Source of the DNA: Octopus bimaculoides
Taxonomy: Eukaryota
Direction: 5' to 3'
NCBI RefSeq assembly: GCF_001194135.2
Contig: NC_068997.1
Coordinates: 32,869,614 to 32,919,628 of the forward strand
Length of the DNA: 50,015 bases
Shown in pieces: positions 11,785-25,085 of the stretch (position 1 is its first letter; the number at the start of each line of letters is the position of its first letter). A program made the position numbers and the translations under genes. Under the pieces are notes generated by a model. The model searched no databases, was not told the origin of the DNA, and saw only the letters and a program-made list of their open reading frames with translations.

Positions 11785-13004
11785 NNNNNNNNNNNNNNNN
11801 NNNNNNNNNNNNNNNNNNNNNNNNNNNNNNNNNNNNNNNNNNNNNNNNNNNNNNNNNNNNNNNNNNNNNNNNNNNNNNNNNNNNNNNNNNNNNNNNNNNN
11901 NNNNNNNNNNNNNNNNNNNNNNNNNNNNNNNNNNNNNNNNNNNNNNNNNNNNNNNNNNNNNNNNNNNNNNNNNNNNNNNNNNNNNNNNNNNNNNNNNNNN
12001 NNNNNNNNNNNNNNNNNNNNNNNNNNNNNNNNNNNNNNNNNNNNNNNNNNNNNNNNNNNNNNNNNNNNNNNNNNNNNNNNNNNNNNNNNNNNNNNNNNNN
12101 NNNNNNNNNNNNNNNNNNNNNNNNNNNNNNNNNNNNNNNNNNNNNNNNNNNNNNNNNNNNNNNNNNNNNNNNNNNNNNNNNNNNNNNNNNNNNNNNNNNN
12201 NNNNNNNNNNNNNNNNNNNNNNNNNNNNNNNNNNNNNNNNNNNNNNNNNNNNNNNNNNNNNNNNNNNNNNNNNNNNNNNNNNNNNNNNNNNNNNNNNNNN
12301 NNNNNNNNNNNNNNNNNNNNNNNNNNNNNATATATATATGCTCGTTAAAGAGTTCCTTTATTAATGTCTTGTATTCCGAGAAGCACGGAATATTCTTAAA
12401 CAACGCTTAATCCTTTGCCTGTGGTACGACCTTTATCCATGTATCTCACTCACACTCACAGCATTCACGTATACCCACTGCAGTGAACTAGCTATTTACA
12501 AGAAGCGAAAAAACAAAACCCTATATATGACCATTAGAGGGGTGCTTTGACTAAATATAAATACAATTATACACCACCATCGTCATAAACGACTGTAGTT
12601 GATGATGCAACAAGCCCAGCAACAACAACGACGATAAAGAGCAACACATGCTATAACTATTACCGCAACCACATAAAGACATAATAGCGTCCCATCATTG
12701 CAAAAATCCAATCAGAATATGGCAGCTATGACCATTATGGCGGCAAATGGCAAAGAATATAGGAGAGTCCGGTTGAATAAAACACCTTTGAAGAATGTGG
12801 GAAGTGAGTTGTAAAGCGAAGTGATATGATGGGTTTTGATGGATCCGCTTTTCATTTAAACACAGCAGTAGAAGCCTGGATCGTTTGCTGAAAGGACTAT
12901 AATGAGGAGAAAATTAGTTAGAAAAAAAATAAGGGAATAAAAATATAAATTTCCTATTTCTAAAATGCTTGCTCATGCAGTAACATAAACATATTTCATT
13001 ATAC

Positions 13005-13061
13005 ATGTGTGTGCATGTGTGTATGTTTTTGTGTGTGTGCGTGTGTGTGTGTGTGTGTGTA

Positions 13062-13097
<36 letters not shown>

Positions 13098-13222
13098 TGT
13101 GTTATCGTAATTTCTCATATATATAAGGAGAGAGTAAGAGTGACGACGATAGACAGACATACAGACGCTTACACATACATACGTATAACACTAACATTTA
13201 GTTAAGCCATATTCATACATAC

Positions 13223-13295
<73 letters not shown>

Positions 13296-14040
13296 TACAT
13301 GGTGCTTATGCATGCATACATGCATATACACACATGCATACAAATATATGTATGATTTTTATATGCATGCATGTAAGCTTATTCCTGCATGTTCACACAC
13401 CGTATCTCATCACGCATAAACGGACCAGCAAAGACAGTAAAAACACGCACACATACGCACACATACGCACACACACACACACACTCACACACGCGCACAC
13501 ACACACTCAAACACACTTACACACACAGAGACGTACAGACAGACACAAGGGGACATATTGTTAACAATGTTTACAAACCAGAGAAATCCGAATAATGGCG
13601 CTAACATGTAGTTTACATCTGTATCTGTTTGTTTTCTTTCTTTCTCTTTCTCGCTCACATCGAAAATTATACCTCTCTCTTTCTCTCCTATCTCTCTCTC
13701 CCTCCGCTCTCTCTCTTTCCTCTCTCCTCTACCTAGCCATCATCACTCTTTCTCCACTTCCCTTATTCTCTCTCATCTTTTATAGCTCTGCTTATCTCTG
13801 AATGTGTACACATTGTTGCATGTAACAATGTATGCACATGCATTTATGGTAATGGCTTGTCAACTTCAAAATGAGCGCCAACCTTCAGTCATAATATTTC
13901 ACTCATCAATTCAAAGTATTCTTGTTTCACTCCTCTCAGCCTCTCCACTGCAGCAACATGGATTGATGCAGTCTGCAAAGGTGTGTTTATGCATGGGTAT
14001 GAACCCCTTATATGTCAGTGTTAACTTCAACGCACGCACG

Positions 14041-14071
<31 letters not shown>

Positions 14072-14098
14072 CTACAGTTTCTCTCTCTCTCTCTCTCT

Positions 14099-14142
<44 letters not shown>

Positions 14143-14352
14143 AACACATATACACACACAACACAACTCACAAACACACGTATCCCTTTGGGAGTGTCAT
14201 TCAGTGTTATCTGTGTATATGCGTATGTACACGAATGGTTAGACATCCACATACAGTCATACAAATATACATGTATAGCAGCTCACACGTATTGTACACA
14301 TACGCACACGCGTGGAAGGAGGGAGTATTGCACTATATATATGTGTGTGTGT

Positions 14353-14392
<40 letters not shown>

Positions 14393-14422
14393 ATGCATAT
14401 GTATGTATGTATGTATATATAT

Positions 14423-14512
<90 letters not shown>

Positions 14513-15165
14513 ATATGTATGTATTTATGAATGTATGGATGGATGGATGTATGATATTTATAAATTTATGAATGCATGCTTTCTCAGATGCAGAAGAGAA
14601 GCTTTGATGCTGAATAATTCACTGCATTATACGTATGTATATAAGCGCATACATGTATACATGAGTGTATATGCGCACATAGAGGAATGTATGTATACTA
14701 ATCTTTGCATGAATGTGGGCAAATATTAGTTTCCATAAATGAAGATGTCGTCTCTGCCGCCGCACACATATCTAGCTGGATGTTTTCTTCATACTCCCTT
14801 CTTCAAATATGTCATATACACCGACAAAAAAGAAAAAAAAAACATTTGAATATTGATATATTAGCGCTGCTCTTTTTTGTTTCTTAGCTTCTTTATACTA
14901 AGGATGTACTAACATATATTTACATATTTCCCTCAGTTAATACCTGCATATATAGACCCACGCCAACAACCACATACGCCCAAGCACACAGCACATGTAC
15001 ATAAAACACACACACACACATATATATATATATATTATATAATATTATATTATATTATATTATATTATATTATATTATATTATATATTATATATGTATGT
15101 ATATATATATGCGTGTTTGTATGTATATATGTATATATATGTGTGTGTATGTATGTATCTCTTTC

Positions 15166-15225
<60 letters not shown>

Positions 15226-15236
15226 TATATAGATAG

Positions 15237-15267
<31 letters not shown>

Positions 15268-15336
15268 GATAGATAGATATACATACATATACATACATAC
15301 ATACATACATACATATATGCACACACACGCACACAC

Positions 15337-15373
<37 letters not shown>

Positions 15374-15588
15374 TAAACATACATTCACATACGATGACTG
15401 AAAGTCACAGGAAATATGTTACATCGCATTTAAATAGTATCAAAAGTAATTTAACAAACATTAAATCACTGATTATTAACTGACGATATTTGATTTGTGC
15501 AAAATGACAATTTATATTTATATAGGATGACATTTACACGGGAGAGAAAAAAAATCACATTTTATTCAATATTTGAAGTAAAACTAAT

Positions 15589-15619
<31 letters not shown>

Positions 15620-15715
15620 TACATACATACATACATACACATATACATACAACACATACATACATACATACATACATACATACATACATACATACATACA
15701 TACATACACATATAG
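13005..15715. repeat. Microsatellite-dense tract: (TG)n, (TA)n, (CA)n, (CT)n, (TATAT)n, (GATA)n, (CATA)n blocks with short unique spacers
   Basis: Read directly; accounts for most ORFs in 13-15.8 kb. Confidence 0.9.
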
Positions 15716-15750
15716 ACATAGCACTCACCCATACACAGACACTCTGTGTA

Positions 15751-16545
15751 CAGAGTGCGGTAAATAAACTGTCGTCTAAATTTCGCAAAAATGAAAGTTA
15801 CACTGACATCTCATTTTAACAGGTATATTTACCTAAATTACATAAAAATATTTTGAAATACTATAAAGCAAATTCATTCAACAGAATCGCCATTGGCTTC
15901 AACCACAGCCTCCAGATGACTTCAGAATCTCCTCCAGCTCTTCTGGACGGTCTCCTTGTTTAAGTTGCTGAATGCTACCATAATCCTTGCCTTCAGTTCA
16001 TGAAGGAGTTTTGTTGGTCTCTCGCTCAACTGCGCCCCCCGCATAATCAAGTGGGGTTGCAGCTTGGGGAGTTATGTGGTCAGATATTAGGTGTGATGTG
16101 GTCCCAGAAATTGTCTGACAGTTATGACTGGGTTCTCCTGCTTGCGTGTCAGGGTGCAGAGTCCTGTTGCCAGACATAGGGTCTTCCAGCAGCCACCCTT
16201 TTGACCCAGGGCAGCACTTCCTCATCTAGGCACATGATGTAGGCCTCCGTGTTGAATCTGAGGGCATGTGGGAACATGAATGGCGGCATAGTGATCACTC
16301 TAAACACCATGATGTTGATTGGATTTTGATTTTTATCACTCTCGATACATGTTCGTATTGGTATATGCTCGTATTGAAGTTTCCAAATTTCTGGCAGAGC
16401 GAATTGTGTCATGGTGCTGTTTTTTCTCCTAGACGGTATCCAACTGGCCCTACTATACTGTGTAGTTGACAAAATCAAAAACAAACAATGAGCATTCACG
16501 AAATTAAAAATTATAACATGACGATAATTCACCCATCGCACCCTG
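15751..16545 (-). mobile_element. DD37D (maT-like) Tc1/mariner element, internally deleted
   Basis: Imperfect 26-bp TIRs (CAGAGTGCGGTAAATAAACTGTCGTC vs CAGGGTGCGATGGGTGAATTATCGTC, 18/26); TA at 15749-15750. Minus frames give MTQFALPEIWK fused to NIMVFRVIT..LPWVKRVAAGRPYVWQQDSAP..NSPSCNP(L)DY; 37 codons between the last two Asp after correcting one extra base. Confidence 0.87.
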
Positions 16546-17175
16546 TTAAAATATATATATATATATATATATATANNNNNNNNNNNNNNNNNNNNNNNNN
16601 NNNNNNNNNNNNNNNNNNNNNNNNNNNNNNNNNNNNNNNNNNNNNNNNNNNNNNNNNNNNNNNNNNNNNNNNNNNNNNNNNNNNNNNNNNNNNNNNNNNN
16701 NNNNNNNNNNNNNNNNNNNNNNNNNNNNNNNNNNNNNNNNNNNNNNNNNNNNNNNNNNNNNNNNNNNNNNNNNNNNNNNNNNNNNNNNNNNNNNNNNNNN
16801 NNNNNNNNNNNNNNNNNNNNNNNNNNNNNNNNNNNNNNNNNNNNNNNNNNNNNNNNNNNNNNNNNNNNNNNNNNNNNNNNNNNNNNNNNNNNNNNNNNNN
16901 NNNNNNNNNNNNNNNNNNNNNNNNNNNNNNNNNNNNNNNNNNNNNNNNNNNNNNNNNNNNNNNNNNNNNNNNNNNNNNNNNNNNNNNNNNNNNNNNNNNN
17001 NNNNNNNNNNNNNNNNNNNNNNNNNNNNNNNNNNNNNNNNNNNNNNNNNNNNNATATGTAGCTATCTATCTATCTATCTATGTCTGTATACATACATACA
17101 TATATACATATACATATATATATATATATATATCTGTGTGTGTGTGTGTGTGTGTGTGTGTATTCATGACTCAAG

Positions 17176-17320
17176 CACGTATTGTAATAAGCAAACGGAC
17201 GGAAAGACATCTACTATATGTACTGAATGCACAGACGAGCGGAGAACAAACACAGGTCACCACTTCCTTATCAGTTATCGGCCAAAGTGTCGAGCACAAT
17301 TTCGTGCCATTATCGATAAT
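17176..17320. repeat. Copy 1 of a diverged repeat (one arm of a palindromic element)
   Basis: Colinear with 17905-18065; 17250-17290 is also the reverse complement of 18073-18110. Confidence 0.75.
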
Positions 17321-17904
17321 ATTGCATTCACCCTGGAGGCAACGACCAAGAGAACTGGATGGGAATGCGACCAAGACATAAAACAAGATGAACAAACAAG
17401 GGTAAACACGGAATTCGGAAATGGACATACGAAAAACGAAATAAATAAACAGAATAAACAGAATAATAATACATATACAACAAAAAAAAGCTGTGGGCTA
17501 GCAACAAACAAGAGAAAGCAGAGCGAGGAACTCAGTGATGTGTGATCGATTGGGTTGAAAGCAACGCGACACGAATGACACCACCTTCGATCGTGACCGG
17601 TCACGTGATAATAGGAGGAGGGAGAAAGAGTCACAGGAACTAGAGAACAACAAGGAGGGAAAGAGAGAAAGACAGAGAAAGAACGAGACACACGGAGGAA
17701 AAGAAAGACAGAGAAAGAACAAGACACACGGAGGGAAAGAGAGGAAGACAGAGAAAGACAGAAAAAGCAAGGTGAAAAAGAGACAAAAGAAAGGAAGGAG
17801 ACCGCCTAGAGTTGCACAAAAAATATTCCAAGAATATTTCTACGAATGGGTCAAAATTAAGGAGTGCGTTGCGTTACGTGAATAATATTTTCAGAAGTGA
17901 AACA

Positions 17905-18110
17905 CGTATAGTAATAGACAGACGGTCGGAAAGACGTCTTCTAAATGCACTGATTGCACAGACGAACGACGATCTAACTGTCGCCTGTACTCTTGACAAG
18001 AGATGCCGGTTAGTCTTTCCGTCAGTTATTGGTCAAGGTGTCGAGCGCAATTTCGTGTTATTATTGCGCTCAACATCTTGGCCGATAACTGATGAGGAAT
18101 TGGTGACATG
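17905..18110. repeat. Copy 2 of the same repeat, containing a 30-bp-arm hairpin (18022-18092)
   Basis: Arms 18022-18051 and 18063-18092 are complementary at 26/30 positions (three further G-U pairs in plus-strand RNA); 11-nt loop. Confidence 0.85.
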
Positions 18111-18250
18111 TGTGTGTGTGTGGTGTGCGTACATGTGAGTTTATGTCTGTGTTTGTGCTCGTCTCTCACAACCACTTGACAACTGGTGTTGGTTTGTCTA
18201 CATCCCTGTTATCTAGCGGTTCGGAAAAGAGACCAATGACTAAGCCAAGT
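18110..18250 (+). mobile_element. SINE family A, degenerate 3' module
   Basis: tgtgtttgt..acttgacaactggtgttggtttgtctacatccctgttatctagcggttcggaaaagagacc matches 19900-19995. Confidence 0.7.
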
Positions 18251-19714
18251 AAAATATTAAAAAATACAAAAGGTGGGTACGATGCATTCGTAGGGCTGTC
18301 AACATCTTAATCACAGGTTCAATGTAAATTTTTTTAAATTCCCCATGCGGCAATAAAATATTGACAACTCTTGTGAAATTTGAACTAAATTGAAATTTAG
18401 TAACATGAATTATTAGGAAAACATAAATATCAGTAACTCTACTTAAATTTTAGCTTTTTAAGAATCTAAGTATTCTACAAACCATATAATTTCTTATTCC
18501 GCTTATAATTTAAGTGATTCTTTAATTTCCAAATTCTCATTAAATTGGGGTTTAGTGTTACACGCATCGAAGTGTCTAAAACAGGTAAGTGACGTCGCAT
18601 CTACGAGTTGACAAATGGAAACGAGTTCGAGAAGAGTAATTATTTCATTAGACTAATGAAAAATAACTTAAATCATGGTCCCAAGATTCTCGAAATGGCC
18701 TATATCATTGAGTTCATTTATCGAATTATCTAAAATAAAAGTTTAATCGCTGATTGAAAATTTTCCAATTCATAATGCCTGGAAATCCTTGAATGCATTC
18801 TGTAATAATTCTAGATTTTTGTCCAAGCATGGTACTGACTTCACTAGACTACAATACAATGATATTTATTGTTGTATTATATGTCAAGTATAGCATTATT
18901 CAAGTTCGCTATCTTAAATATATTCTCTACTGTTGTTGCTTCAAGAAATGTTGTTGAAAAATCAGCTAATTCCCATTTTAGTACAATTGCTTGCACAGGT
19001 TTCTTTCAAGTTAATGATGCTTTATTAATAATAATAACTATTTTTGATTCGTTTTCGATAATATACTGAAAATTTAATTTCTTGTTGATTCCATAATATG
19101 GACAGCAATGAAATATTCAAGAAGTCACGAATGCACACACTTATTCCATTCTAATTCAGATTTCTACTTTAGCGCGACGGTTGATTTCTTTTTACAAAGG
19201 CAAAATCTATGCTAAACATTTTGCTAGCTAGTTCGTCATACCTTTCTTTAATCTTATCAAAAACCGCCATAAGGCTTTCCATTCTTGCTTTATATGCTAC
19301 ATCTATCTACAACATCTGAGTAAAATTTGATTAATTTTTTCTAGCTTTTGCTTCTTTGTTGTTTTTTTTTTTCTTTTCGCAATAAATCTGACTGAACTTT
19401 TTTCTCGACTTAATATTATTTTTATTGTGAAAGAACGAAGAGCAACGCCAAAACATTTTTTCATGACCAGTGAAAAGATGTGGTGATATCTTACTTTGCA
19501 TTTCAGAAAAAAAGTATGAAATTGTTTTATTTTAAAGATTCCCAATTTTATTTTAAATATTCCCAGCCAAGACGTTTTTAAGAACCAATGCATCATGTCT
19601 TTTCAAAACATAAACGTATTACTTGGAATTTTAATAATAGGTAATAATTTTTTATTTTTAGAATCATGAAAGACCTTTTCTTTTAAAATTGAAAGCTCAT
19701 TTTCCCATTTTTTT

Positions 19715-20110
19715 CTAGCTTGCTTACGAACCACATGGTTCCGGGTTCAGTCCCACTGCGTACCACCTTGGGCAAATGTCTTCTACTATAGTCTCGGGCC
19801 GACCAAAGCCTTGTGAGTGGATTTGGTAGACAGAAACTGAAAGAAGCCTGCCATAGATATGTATGTGTGTGTGTGTATGTGTGTGTGTGTGTGTGTGTTT
19901 GTGTGTCTCTGTTTGTCCCTCCAACATCGCTTGACAACCGATGCTGGTGTGTTTACGTCTCCGTAACTTAGCGGTTCGGCAAAAGGGACCGATAGAATAA
20001 GTGCTAGACTTACAAAGAATAAGTCATGGGGTCGATTTGCTCGACTAAAGGTGGTGCTCCAGCATGGCCACAGTCAAATGACTGAAACAAGTAAAAGAGT
20101 AAAAGAGTAT
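19715..20110 (+). mobile_element. SINE family A (tRNA head, CORE-like segment, internal microsatellite, 3' module), slightly 5'-truncated
   Basis: B-box GGTTCAGTCCC; CORE-like CCTTGGGCAAATGTC; internal (TG)n; 3' CAGTCAAATGACTG hairpin and (GTAAAAGA)2 tail. Resembles the octopus OR-type tRNA-SINEs (recognition, not searched). Confidence 0.9.
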
Positions 20111-22020
20111 AGAATTATTGGTAGTTGATTTTTGTGATTTGGTTGTTTAATCGAAGGATAGCAGTACCATTTTTTTTCACGTATGATTCCAGATATACCA
20201 ACTAGTCTTGCATCATCAGTTAATTTTTGTATGAGATATGTTAATACAGATATCATATATTATATATATTTAACATTTTTACGTGAAGTAGGGATTAAAT
20301 ATTTAAAAAAAAACAATATAAATATTATTCGAAACTTTGGCGTTGTAGAGAATTCTTAAATCGATCAAAGGTAGCCGCTTGTTGTTTTGTATCAGTTTCA
20401 TGGGTGAAATTTTTCCCCTTCACATCTATACATCGTTCTGGAACGACAGATGTAACTCTGAGCATGGGCAAGTTTATTTAGTTGTGAAAATTGTTCACAG
20501 CGTAATAATTGCCAAATCAACAGCAATCACAACTGAGAGCGCTCATCAAATTTTACTTTTGATAATGAATCTGTTTTCAAGTTATGGAATACTATTTGTA
20601 TGTTACTTTTTTCATAACATTTTTTGTTCATTTTATTAAAGTGGGTTTATAAATCCGAATGTGTTGTCTTCAATCTTCACCAAAATACCAAAAACAACTT
20701 GAACATGACTTTTTAAAAAACGTTAGCTTTTTTTTTTCCACATATTTCGTATAATGGCTACAAATTTCAACACATTCACTCTTCAGTTTTAATAATTTTT
20801 GAAAAGAGTACAAACCCACAAAGATTTACAGGGACGAGCAAAACACAATTCTTTCGGATAACTGCTCCACCTGGTCAAAGCTGCAGTGGACTAGCGCTAG
20901 CTGCCACCTAACGATCAAACTAGTCTCAAATAAGTATCGAACTCAAGACGGATTTGCATTTCTAATATTTCAATACACTATATAAAAATAAGTTAAAAAT
21001 GAAAATATTAAAATAAGGTAGAGAGCTCTTGGTGATGATTTGCGGTCAAAGTAGTTAACATACAGCTTGGAACGATGGTAAAGATTATTTGGCGCGTGGA
21101 TGCTGGAAGATAATATTATTTCCCTCTGGTCCTTCATCTGATAGTAGGAAAATGAGGGCAAAAACTGAAATTAATGGCTATACTTTAATAGAGATAAAAG
21201 ATCGTTAAGCACAAGTGATGTGAGAAGGTAAGATGCCAAGATGGCGAAAGGAACGAAAGTGAATTGTCAGAAAGTTTGACTGGGAGGAAGATAATATAGA
21301 TACTTCTAACGACCACAAAAGTAAGATGCTGTTAAGATGACAAGTTTAAGATATTGTGAAGAGGTGCAAAAGAAGGTAGCGGAAGCAGGTAGGATAATAC
21401 GTTAAACAAGCTTCGATTGAAATATTATTACGATTACAATTAAAGTATTGTATACTGGAACAGGGTGTTATAAGGGCAGAAGTAAAGCATCAGAAGTTTA
21501 GGGGAATTTTTGACTAAACACACAACAAATATTTTTCCTAATGAACGCATTNNNNNNNNNNNNNNNNNNNNNNNNNNNNNNNNNNNNNNNNNNNNNNNNN
21601 NNNNNNNNNNNNNNNNNNNNNNNNNNNNNNNNNNNNNNNNNNNNNNNNNNNNNNNNNNNNNNNNNNNNNNNNNNNNNNNNNNNNNNNNNNNNNNNNNNNN
21701 NNNNNNNNNNNNNNNNNNNNNNNNNNNNNNNNNNNNNNNNNNNNNNNNNNNNNNNNNNNNNNNNNNNNNNNNNNNNNNNNNNNNNNNNNNNNNNNNNNNN
21801 NNNNNNNNNNNNNNNNNNNNNNNNNNNNNNNNNNNNNNNNNNNNNNNNNNNNNNNNNNNNNNNNNNNNNNNNNNNNNNNNNNNNNNNNNNNNNNNNNNNN
21901 NNNNNNNNNNNNNNNNNNNNNNNNNNNNNNNNNNNNNNNNNNNNNNNNNNNNNNNNNNNNNNNNNNNNNNNNNNNNNNNNNNNNNNNNNNNNNNNNNNNN
22001 NNNNNNNNNNNNNNNNNNNN

Positions 22021-22051
<31 letters not shown>

Positions 22052-22998
22052 TAGCACATTAATAGTAAAGAACAGGTGGAAACTACTCTATAGAGGAGTG
22101 TAAATAATTAATGTATTCAGCTGAAACTGAAACTAACTGTTGAAACTTAGTCCCCACACGTGCTAAACATCTGTTCTATCAGTAAAGTCATTTAACAAGT
22201 TAGCAAGCGGAGTATATTCTTCTGGGTGTCCACAAACACACACACACACACACACTAGCCGGCTCGTTTACACTTTCGCTCCCGCACTTAAGGGCTCGAG
22301 ATACAAGTTATATAATAGAAATACTGTTGTCTACAGATACACGGCCAGCACAGATGTACATCAATAAAATGAAATGTTAAGTGGTTAACCACCACTTCGA
22401 GGTTTACTCTGGGGTAAGTTATTTAATATCTTTCTATATTTGCTGGGTTTTCTTTACTTGTTTTTTTTCTTTTTCTCGGAGCATTCCTGCATTAATTTTG
22501 TAATTTATCCCCACGATAATACTGCCCAAATCCTGAACCAATCCTCTTCACATGACTTTTGAAACAACAGACTTGTTATATTTTTTATTGTTTTATGTGT
22601 TTGAGCCAAAATCGCTGACAAAAGAAACAGGTGCTGTACGACGTGTGAACATTTTTAGTTTCAGAGAAGTGGTTTCACTGACCGAATTAAATTTCCTATA
22701 CCCAGATGATTTGGAACTCAATCCAGCATATTAAAAAAAAATGTGTAAAAAAATCTCGTAAGTGAATTTGTTAGAGAGAAACTGAAAGAAGCACGTCGCG
22801 TGTATATACATATATATATATGTGTGTGTATATATATATATATATATATNNNNNNNNNNACAAAAGAAACAGGTGCTGTACGACGTGTGAACATTTTTAG
22901 TTTCAGAGAAGTGGTTTCACTGACCGAATTAAATTTCCTATACCCAGATGATTTGGAACTCAATCCAGCATATTAAAAAAAAATGTGTAAAAAAATCT

Positions 22999-23278
22999 CG
23001 TAAGTGAATTTGTTAGAGAGAAACTGAAAGAAGCACGTCGCGTGTATATACATATATATATATGTGTGTGTGTGTGTGTCTTTGTGCCTGTGTTTTCCCC
23101 CACCACTGCTTAACAATCGGTGCTGGTGTGTTTACGTCCCGGTAGCATTAGCAGTTCGGCAAAAGAGGAAAATAAAATAAGTACCAGGCTTTTTAAAAAT
23201 AAGTATTGGGGTCGATTCATTCGACTAAAAATTCTTCAAGGTGGATCCCCAGCATGGCCACAGTCAAATAACTGGAAA
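22999..23278 (+). mobile_element. SINE family A, 5'-truncated
   Basis: gtgaatttgttagagagaaactgaaagaagc, then microsatellite, then the 3' module to cagcatggccacagtcaaataactg. Confidence 0.85.
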
Positions 23279-23347
23279 TTAATCAAAATACATGCATTAA
23301 AATAAACAATCATGTTTTTGTGTGCTTTCTCTAGACGTTTTTCTTCT

Positions 23348-25051
23348 CTTTTTTTTTTTTGTTTGGTCAGGAAGATAGAGGAAAGGGTTATGGTCTTTAC
23401 AGACCCTTCTAGACATAGAGGTTTATACCATTAAGGACCCATTGACCCTTTGTTAGTAGATAGCTGCTGAAAAATACATGAAAAAAAAGGGAATTCCAGA
23501 GGGCCGACCTTCCAGCAAGGAAGTACAAGGTGTAGTGATTAGTGCGGGAATAGTCCTGAGTAGAGATGACATAAGCTCAGATAGCATTAAGGAGCAGAGA
23601 CCAATTTAGTAGCGGTAGAAAAGAGAGAGAGAGGGGATAGTGCACCGATGGGCCACAGGCTGGAGAGTATCTGTGAGTGGTTTTATTTCAGTCAGTCAGG
23701 TGATATTTTTCTAGCTGCCGTTTCGGATGTCTGTATGTGCAGCAGAAGCACCGTTCCAGATTTAAGAACAATGTAGAGTATGAATAATTGTTAGAGACTG
23801 GAATATTTTATGGCCCTGAAGAGGTGACACAGTCGTTGAAATGCAGTCCAAGATATGCGAAGGATGTGCTTTCGCCAGAAGAGAGCGTTAGTGATAAAAC
23901 TCAACAATTAAAGCAATTTTGTGGGCTCTAGTTAAGTGCTAATCATGATTAACGAGAGAAGCTTGCTTGCTTGCATCATGCTCTTGCTTGGTGTGACTGG
24001 GTGTGTGTGTGTGGGGGGGTCATCCCTGTTTAATGGTTCCAGAGTCGTAATCATGCTCAGAGCCGACCAGATCCTCCAATGCTCTCCATCGCTGGTGGTC
24101 CCGTGCCAGCCCCTCTGCATCCTCCTTGGTGACGTCGAGTCTCTGGAGATCTTCCTAGTTACATCCAGCCATCTGGTGTGGGATCTGCCACAATGCCTCT
24201 TTCAGCCTACAGCTACGAGTGGAGCCCTAATGGGATGATCTAGCAGGTGATGGATGACAGTCCGTACCAGCACATACGACGGATAGCTATAAGGTGGAAG
24301 GCTGTGGGTGATGCGTACGCACATGCAGTCATTCTGTTTGTAAACGTGATGGTACCATCTGATGTTGTCGATGGTTCTCGGGACTCTGCTATCGAAACTG
24401 TCGATCCTCTTTGCCAGGGTTATCGAAAGAGTTCACGTTTCTGCTCCACAAAGGAGAAGTGGAATAGTAAATATTCTTGATATGTGTAGCGTTTGTATTT
24501 TCTTGCTATTGAAAGAGATAAAACTGACGTATTGGAGACACTTACGATTTTTCTGTCAAAGGAGTCAGTAAGTGTTTGATGTGGGGGTGACTAGGTTGCG
24601 AGTGGCTAATGCATTGTTGGGAAATTTTAAGCAAACTTAAAAAGTTGTGTCATCTGTGCGAGATGTGGGCATTATTGTATGTGCCAGCAACTAAGTCACT
24701 GATATTGAGAAAAAAGGGAATGACCGGTGAAAAACGAATCCTGAAAGACGTCGGTGTTGACAAAATGAAGGACAAAAAGAGCCTCATCTACACAAGAAGA
24801 CGTTAATACATTCTCATAGGAAGCTACCGGTCGAGTATACGAGAGACGGATGGAACTCGCAGGCAAGAAGTTTCGGTAGGAGATGATTATGACAGTCATG
24901 GTCGAAAGCTTTGCTGGTGTGAAGAACAAGAACATCGCTTTCACCAAATTTCCAAAAGTAAGAGCCCAGTGGAGGGTGACTGAGGCGAGTCCGGCTGTAC
25001 GAAACTGTACAGGTGGTCATTAGAGAGAAGGAGGGATGAGAATAAGAGTGA

Positions 25052-25085
<34 letters not shown>

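Noticed and set aside
12706-12750. CCAAT followed by ATGGCAGC/ATGGCGGC (YY1-like)
   Set aside because: Short motifs with no associated exon, CpG enrichment or other promoter evidence.
13880-13975. Possible short exons (minus 13.9 kb TASIHVAAVERLRGVKQEYFEL; minus 14.75 kb; plus 46.96-47.12 kb)
   Set aside because: No recognisable domain, no consistent splice-phase chain, lengths within chance expectation.
17176-18065. Apparent peptide similarity between two ORFs (RIVISKRTERHLL / RIVIDRRSERRLL)
   Set aside because: Explained by nucleotide-level repetition of a non-coding palindromic element; no evidence of coding constraint.
20863-20910. Two CTCF-like half matches (CCAGGTGGAGC; TAGGTGGCAG) on the minus strand
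   Set aside because: Each misses key upstream C positions; expected by chance in 50 kb.
22255-22330. GC-rich stretch ending CCGGCTAG|T on the minus strand, reminiscent of a Helitron 3' end
   Set aside because: No convincing hairpin at the expected distance and no matching 5' TC or second copy.
22618-23070. Exact ~210-bp direct duplication (22618-~22828 repeated at 22860-~23070)
   Set aside because: Copies are identical, separated by a 10-N placeholder gap and differ only in the adjacent microsatellite: typical unmerged contig overlap or allelic haplotypes, not a real tandem duplication.
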